Positions 14,163-18,184 of a DNA stretch of 18,184 nt are shown here, in pieces. Within the stretch, counting starts at the first letter, position 1, and each line of letters starts with the position of its first letter. Source of the DNA: a virus. The notes under the pieces are model-generated. The model searched no databases. It was not told where the DNA came from and saw nothing but the letters and a program-made list of their open reading frames with translations. The translations under genes were made by a program, and so were the position numbers. The stretch covers positions 1 through 18,184 of the IMG/VR virus record IMGVR_UViG_3300045988_007734. One strand, written 5' to 3'.

Positions 14163-15428
14163 ATGGACAATACTGCTTACTACGCCATGTACGTTATTGG
14201 CACCGTTGAAAGCAATTGCGATTGGGGCGCGTGCAATTACGTTGACGCCATCACCATGGGCATGATGCAATGGTATGGGACGCGCGCCCGCAATCTGTTG
14301 GAGCGCGGACGCACCGCCGACCCGGACGGGTGGGCGACGTTCGCCGCCGCAGCGCCGACACTCGCCAGCCAAGTGCAGGCGAACTCTATCAATTGGACAA
14401 CGCGCTATCTATCCACTGCTGAGGGCAATGCGTGGAAAGCATGGGCGCAACGCGACGAAAACCATGCTTTCCAAGAGGCGCAGTGGGAGGCGGATTGGAA
14501 CGGCTACCAGTCCACGATGGACGGGTATGGGTTCCCGTCTGGGAATGTCAAAGAGCGTATCATGTGGGCGTGCGCCTACCATCAATCCCCCGCGCAGGCG
14601 CAGCGCGTGCTTGCATCATGCTCCGCCACCGCCACGCTAGAGCTAATTTACACCACGATACTGGCAGACGGCGTACTGGGCCAGTACCGCAACCGATACA
14701 CCACCGCATACAACCTACTGAAAGCATGGGATGGCACGAGCGCGCCGCCTGATTTTGGTCAAACCTCCGAACCGTCTGGCACGCCGGGCGGCGACCAACC
14801 CGGCATCGACGGCAAGCCCGGCAGCACCGCGTGGATACAATTGCAGGGCGACAACCTCATATACCGCAGCGGGGACAGCACGGCCATTTTTGTGAAAAGC
14901 TCCGCCCAGACGTGGATATACAAGACCTCTGAGTCCACCGAACCGAGCGGCGGGCAGACTGGAGGCGGCTCAAGCTCGGGCAGCAGTAGCGAGAATGCGG
15001 CACGCGTCGTGGAATGGTTGCGGTCACGAATTGGCAAATACGCCTACTCGCAAGGCGCGGGGCGACTCGACCCGGATTCGAGCGGATATGGCGATTGCAG
15101 CTCGGTCTGTTGGCGTGCATATCAGGACACGCTCGGCATAGACGTGGGCACATGGACGGGACAAATGGCAGGCAAGGGCGCGCGCGTATGCGGCAGCTCG
15201 GACACGTCCGTAGCCGACGCCATCGCCAAGGCGCACGCCGCCGATTTATTGCTGCTGGACTGGGGTGCCTATACGCAGGCGTGGGACCATGTGGAAATGT
15301 TCACTGCGGACGGCAAGGACGAGACGCTATCCCACGGGGGGCCGGGCAATGGGCCGACCCTGTTCGCCGCGTCGGGGGAAATGAATATGGCGAGCCGGTG
15401 GGAGATACGCCGCTACATCACCGACTAG
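14163..15428 (+). CDS. Tail-associated peptidoglycan hydrolase (phi29 gp13 analogue): N-terminal lysozyme-like domain plus C-terminal NlpC/P60 endopeptidase, 421 aa
   Basis: The C-terminus carries YGDCSSVCWRAY (NlpC/P60 catalytic Cys context) and WDHVEMF (His). The N-terminus has YVIGTVESNCDW (a Glu-Ser, tail-lysozyme-like motif). Gly/Ser/Pro linkers separate the domains. There is no SD. TATACT at 14150-14155 lies 7 nt upstream of the ATG. Confidence 0.8.
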   Translation: MDNTAYYAMYVIGTVESNCDWGACNYVDAITMGMMQWYGTRARNLLERGRTADPDGWATFAAAAPTLASQVQANSINWTTRYLSTAEGNAWKAWAQRDENHAFQEAQWEADWNGYQSTMDGYGFPSGNVKERIMWACAYHQSPAQAQRVLASCSATATLELIYTTILADGVLGQYRNRYTTAYNLLKAWDGTSAPPDFGQTSEPSGTPGGDQPGIDGKPGSTAWIQLQGDNLIYRSGDSTAIFVKSSAQTWIYKTSESTEPSGGQTGGGSSSGSSSENAARVVEWLRSRIGKYAYSQGAGRLDPDSSGYGDCSSVCWRAYQDTLGIDVGTWTGQMAGKGARVCGSSDTSVADAIAKAHAADLLLLDWGAYTQAWDHVEMFTADGKDETLSHGGPGNGPTLFAASGEMNMASRWEIRRYITD

Positions 15429-15431
15429 TAT

Positions 15432-15467
15432 AACGATAGACCGGTAGATATCTGCCGGTCTATCGTT
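15432..15467 (+). terminator. Stem-loop terminator after the tail lysin gene (13-bp perfect stem)
   Basis: AACGATAGACCGG-10 nt-CCGGTCTATCGTT. Confidence 0.6.
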
Positions 15468-15473
15468 GTCGTG

Positions 15474-15482
15474 TGATATGAT
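15474..15482 (+). promoter_or_regulatory. Extended -10 element (TGATATGAT) placed 7 nt upstream of the ATPase ATG
   Basis: GTGATATGATGG (15473-15484) differs at one base from the 12-mer at 7397 and 9815. No SD precedes the ATG at 15490. Confidence 0.45.
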
Positions 15483-15489
15483 GGATACT

Positions 15490-16587
15490 ATGGAGAAACT
15501 GCTGGCCGAGGGTGATTATTACAATTATGGGCGTGTATTGTCCTATCACGCGCCTTGGATGTTCGTAATCGGCGCGCGCGGCCTCGGCAAAACCTATGGC
15601 GCTAAAAAACTGGTCATTGGCGACTGGATTAAAAAACGATGGCAATTCATCTATCTACGCCGTACCGCCGAGGAACAGAAGAATAAGGGCACATGGTTCG
15701 CGGACATCGCGGAGCAGTACCCGGATTTGGAGTTTCGCGTTTCCGGGAATCAGGCCGAATGCCATTGGCTGGATGATAGGGATGCTACCACCGACAAGCA
15801 TGGCAAGACACGGCAGACATGGCACATCATGGGGTACTTCATCGCCCTATCGCAGGCGGGACAGGTGAAGTCAGTCGCCTACCCCAAGGTACGGACAATC
15901 ATCTTCGATGAAATTTTCCCCGATAATATGCGGTATTTGAGCGGAGAAGTCACGGCACTGGAGGAATTTTATAATACCGTTGACCGCTGGAATGACCGTG
16001 TGAGGGTTATCATGTGCAGTAACGCCGTGACCCTCGCCAACCCGTATTTTTCAGCGTTCAATATTAACCTAAAACCGCAGCTGGATAATCGCACGCAATA
16101 TCAGCGATATTGCGATGGGTTTATTATGGTAGAATTAGCTGACTACGGCGGTTTCAGCGCCAAGGTTGCCATATCCAAATTTGGGCAGTTTTTACGCAAA
16201 TACGACGAAAATTATGCGAATTATGCGATCAACAACGATTTTAGAGACAACGCCAATACTCTCATCAGTGATTTTAATAACGCCGGTTATGCATTCACAT
16301 TAAAAACCACCGAATACGGTATTTTCAACGTATATCAGCAATTGAATGATACCGATGAAGTATTGTATATCATCACTAAAAAACAGCCTAAAATCACAAG
16401 GAATTTTACATTTGACTATCGACTGGTCGACAATGATTGCATAATGCTCAAACGTTCGGACGACATGACGCAAAAAATATTGAACGCCTATCGCGTCGGC
16501 AGATTACGGTTCGAGACTCCACAAATCAAGGCGGAGTTTAGTATGATTCTTGGCGGCTTATTACAGCAATCAGGTATAAGAAAGTGA
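15490..16587 (+). CDS. DNA packaging (encapsidation) ATPase, phi29 gp16-like, 365 aa
   Basis: MEKLL...VLSYHAPWMFVIGARGLGKTYGAKK parallels the phi29 gp16 N-terminus MDKSLFYNPQKMLSYDRILNFVIGARGIGKSYAMK (Walker A). QFIYLRRT and Walker B-like TIIFDEIF are also present. The start at 15490 was chosen by this N-terminal correspondence; in-frame ATGs at 15478 and 15481 are alternatives. Confidence 0.9.
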   Translation: MEKLLAEGDYYNYGRVLSYHAPWMFVIGARGLGKTYGAKKLVIGDWIKKRWQFIYLRRTAEEQKNKGTWFADIAEQYPDLEFRVSGNQAECHWLDDRDATTDKHGKTRQTWHIMGYFIALSQAGQVKSVAYPKVRTIIFDEIFPDNMRYLSGEVTALEEFYNTVDRWNDRVRVIMCSNAVTLANPYFSAFNINLKPQLDNRTQYQRYCDGFIMVELADYGGFSAKVAISKFGQFLRKYDENYANYAINNDFRDNANTLISDFNNAGYAFTLKTTEYGIFNVYQQLNDTDEVLYIITKKQPKITRNFTFDYRLVDNDCIMLKRSDDMTQKILNAYRVGRLRFETPQIKAEFSMILGGLLQQSGIRK

Positions 16588-16595
16588 GGAATAAC

Positions 16596-16961
16596 ATGCC
16601 AATCCATGAATTAATCGTTATCGGCGTCGTGTTTCTATTAGTGCTCATTGACTATGTGACGGGCGTGGTCAACGCAATCATGCGCGGAGAATTATCTAGC
16701 GAGAAAATGCGGAGGGGTCTCGGCCATAAGTTCGCATACTTGGCAATTATTTGCGTCGCATTGATTGTGGAATACGGTTCGGATTACATTGACCTAGGCA
16801 TCGAACTACCGGTATTCATTCCGGTTTGCGTAGGCATTTGCCTGATTGAAATTACCTCAATCATGGAAAATTGCGTAAAAATCAATCCAGAATTAAGCGG
16901 TTCAAACATCCTGAACATTTTCAATATCGAGAGGAGGGAAAACAATGATAAAGAGGATTAA
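16596..16961 (+). CDS. Holin (phi29 gp14/TcdE-type, Phage_holin_4-like), 121 aa
   Basis: Three hydrophobic segments. LIDYVTGVVNAI...SSEKMRRGLGHKFAYL...CLIEITSIMENCVKINPE is the typical signature. ATG 16596 lies 5 nt after GTGAGGA. Confidence 0.8.
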   Translation: MPIHELIVIGVVFLLVLIDYVTGVVNAIMRGELSSEKMRRGLGHKFAYLAIICVALIVEYGSDYIDLGIELPVFIPVCVGICLIEITSIMENCVKINPELSGSNILNIFNIERRENNDKED

Positions 16962-17070
16962 AACAATCGCATACAGCGCAATTGCCGCAATCACAGCCAT
17001 ACTACTGGCATTCGAGTCATTCATGAACGTCTTTGCCCAAAACGACACGCCAAAACATAAGGAAAACTGA
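16945..17070 (+). CDS. Small membrane protein (41 aa) not in the ORF track, between holin and endolysin
   Basis: ATG 16945 lies 6 nt after GAGGAGGG. The product is MIKRIKTIAYSAIAAITAILLAFESFMNVFAQNDTPKHKEN, with a basic N-terminus, one TM segment and a polar tail. It overlaps the holin 3' end by 17 nt and stops 2 nt before the endolysin ATG. Confidence 0.55.
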   Translation: MIKRIKTIAYSAIAAITAILLAFESFMNVFAQNDTPKHKEN

Positions 17071-17072
17071 AT

Positions 17073-17870
17073 ATGGACGGTATTACATGGATGGGTTCGC
17101 CAAACCACTACAGCGGACGGGCTGGACATAAGGTGACACACATCACCTTGCATATCATGGCCGGTTTCCTAGCCGGGACCGACAACGTGTTCTCGCGTTC
17201 ATCCAGTCAAGCGAGCGCGCACTACGGTATCGGAGCCAACGGCGAAATACACCAATACGTGGACGAAGCTAACGGGTCATGGTCAGATGCCAATTACGAA
17301 TCGAACATGTCAGGCATATCAATCGAACATGAGGGCGGTATAGCGCAAGCGGAATGCACGCAAGCATGCATCGACGCCAGTGCTCGACTTTGCGCCGATA
17401 TAGCGCAACGTTACGGGTTAGGCATGTTATGGCATGACGGGACACGTGGCAACGTATGGCTGCATCGAGAAATCAGCGGCACCGACCACGCCACATGTCC
17501 AGACCTAGCACCAAACGGGCTACCATACCAGCAAGTAATCGACAAAGCCAACAAGATAATAGGAGGTACAACAATGGCTAGCGCAGGGGATGAAGTTTGG
17601 AACTGGGCATACAAGCCGGACGGGAAAAACGTCACACCGGGCGGCAACATGTACAACTTGCTTACCTATGAACTGCCAATACGCATTCGTGACGGCATCA
17701 TGCAATATAACTTCAAAAACACCGCGCCGGGGGGCAACGTTTACAACACTCTTTGCTTTGAAATACCCGGAATGCTGAAACAACTCGCCAAAACAATCGA
17801 AAAACAGCAAAAGCAAATTGATGCGCTGACCGAAAAAATCGACAAACTGCAAAAATCTGACAAACAGTGA
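17073..17870 (+). CDS. Endolysin: N-acetylmuramoyl-L-alanine amidase (Amidase_2/PGRP type) with a repeat-containing C-terminal region and coiled-coil tail, 265 aa
   Basis: THITLHIMAG, ASAHYGIGANGEIHQYVDE, GISIEHEG and HREISGTDHATCPD (His/His/Cys zinc-ligand pattern). The C-terminus has two 19-aa repeats and a K/Q-rich heptad segment. Confidence 0.85.
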   Translation: MDGITWMGSPNHYSGRAGHKVTHITLHIMAGFLAGTDNVFSRSSSQASAHYGIGANGEIHQYVDEANGSWSDANYESNMSGISIEHEGGIAQAECTQACIDASARLCADIAQRYGLGMLWHDGTRGNVWLHREISGTDHATCPDLAPNGLPYQQVIDKANKIIGGTTMASAGDEVWNWAYKPDGKNVTPGGNMYNLLTYELPIRIRDGIMQYNFKNTAPGGNVYNTLCFEIPGMLKQLAKTIEKQQKQIDALTEKIDKLQKSDKQ

Positions 17871-17884
17871 CGGAACATAAGAAA

Positions 17885-17912
17885 AAGCCCCTAGGTTGAT
17901 ACCTAGGGGCTT
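17885..17912. terminator. Bidirectional terminator between the convergent endolysin and right-end genes
   Basis: AAGCCCCTAGG-TTGATA-CCTAGGGGCTT (11-bp perfect stem), flanked by an A-run on the 5' side and T-rich sequence on the 3' side. Confidence 0.75.
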
Positions 17913-17923
17913 ATTGTTATCCA

Positions 17924-18124
17924 TCACACCTCCTCAAACGCTTCAATAAAATCATCAGCCGGAAACGAGTCACAATCATCATATTTCTCAATAGTCATAT
18001 TGTTGACCAAAGCCACATAATGCAGATCCTCGACAATCGCGTCAATATCGAAACCATCAAGCTGCTGATAGTTGTCCAAGATGTAATCCTCGACGTAATC
18101 CTTAATGATGCTGTTGTTAATCAT
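17924..18124 (-). CDS. Right-end early protein, 66 aa, extremely acidic
   Basis: It is the only minus-strand gene. Its ATG lies 61 nt from the right terminus, behind the ITR promoter/SD copy. It has 18 Asp/Glu against 2 Lys and 1 His. Confidence 0.75.
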   Translation of the reverse strand: MINNSIIKDYVEDYILDNYQQLDGFDIDAIVEDLHYVALVNNMTIEKYDDCDSFPADDFIEAFEEV

Positions 18125-18129
18125 TTTAT

Positions 18130-18184
18130 TTTCCTTTCCCTATCGGCTGATACTCACATCATACCACACCACCAAAAAACAACA
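18130..18184. repeat. Right inverted terminal repeat (55 bp perfect)
   Basis: Exact reverse complement of 1-55. Confidence 0.95.
18158..18166 (-). promoter_or_regulatory. Extended -10 promoter element inside ITR-R (mirror copy)
   Basis: This is the same TGGTATGAT read on the minus strand. It drives the 66-aa minus-strand ORF, whose ATG is 61 nt from the right terminus. Confidence 0.5.

Larger units (their letters stand above)
1..18184. mobile_element. Apparently complete linear genome of a phi29-like protein-primed podophage
   Basis: Perfect ITRs sit exactly at both window ends. A phi29-type DNA polymerase is present, and a full virion/packaging/lysis module is collinear with phi29 late genes. 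No host-like flanking genes are seen. Confidence 0.85.

Noticed and set aside
1-18184. Lysogeny, defence or CRISPR content
   Set aside because: No integrase, recombinase, repressor/HTH pair, att-like repeats, CRISPR repeats or recognisable defence genes were seen. The genome appears strictly lytic, so no such system is claimed.

Overview
This 18,184-bp window looks like a complete linear dsDNA genome of a small phi29-like, protein-primed podophage, not a chromosomal segment. The two ends are a perfect 55-bp inverted terminal repeat (ITR). Each ITR carries an extended -10 promoter, a Shine-Dalgarno (SD) sequence and, 6-7 nt past the perfect repeat, the ATG of an inward-facing gene. From left to right on the + strand there are about 10 small early ORFs (62-2578), including tiny hydrophobic peptides. 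Next come a basic terminal-protein candidate (2699-3643) and a phi29-type family-B DNA polymerase (3659-5119). A 186-bp non-coding island follows (5120-5305). The late block is collinear with phi29 genes 7, 8, 9, 10, 11, appendages, 13, 16, 14 and 15. In product terms these are scaffold, Big_2-decorated major capsid, tail knob, portal, lower collar, two appendage proteins sharing an N-terminal adaptor (one with an SGNH esterase), a lysozyme-like/NlpC-P60 tail lysin, packaging ATPase, holin and amidase endolysin. A 41-aa membrane ORF that is missing from the ORF track lies between holin and endolysin. The only minus-strand gene is a very acidic 66-aa ORF driven by the right ITR. I saw no integrase, repressor, tRNA, rRNA or CRISPR. 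The main things worth following up are listed here. (1) A roughly 164-nt structured RNA candidate lies between a perfect TGnTATAAT promoter and an intrinsic terminator at the early/late boundary; it could be pRNA-like or a lambda 6S/put-like late-gene switch. (2) The polymerase N-terminal domain lacks the canonical 3'-5' exonuclease acidic residues. (3) A GTGATAT(A/G)ATGG promoter-like motif recurs, overlaps stop codons and sits 6-7 nt upstream of SD-less ATGs, which suggests leaderless late genes. (4) The right-end acidic protein is a DNA-mimic/anti-defence candidate. The host cannot be determined from sequence alone. The moderate GC content, extended -10 promoters, leaderless-looking starts and the absence of an obvious spanin pair suggest a Gram-positive, possibly actinobacterial, host. 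All homology statements come from by-eye comparison with phi29 proteins as I remember them; no search was run.
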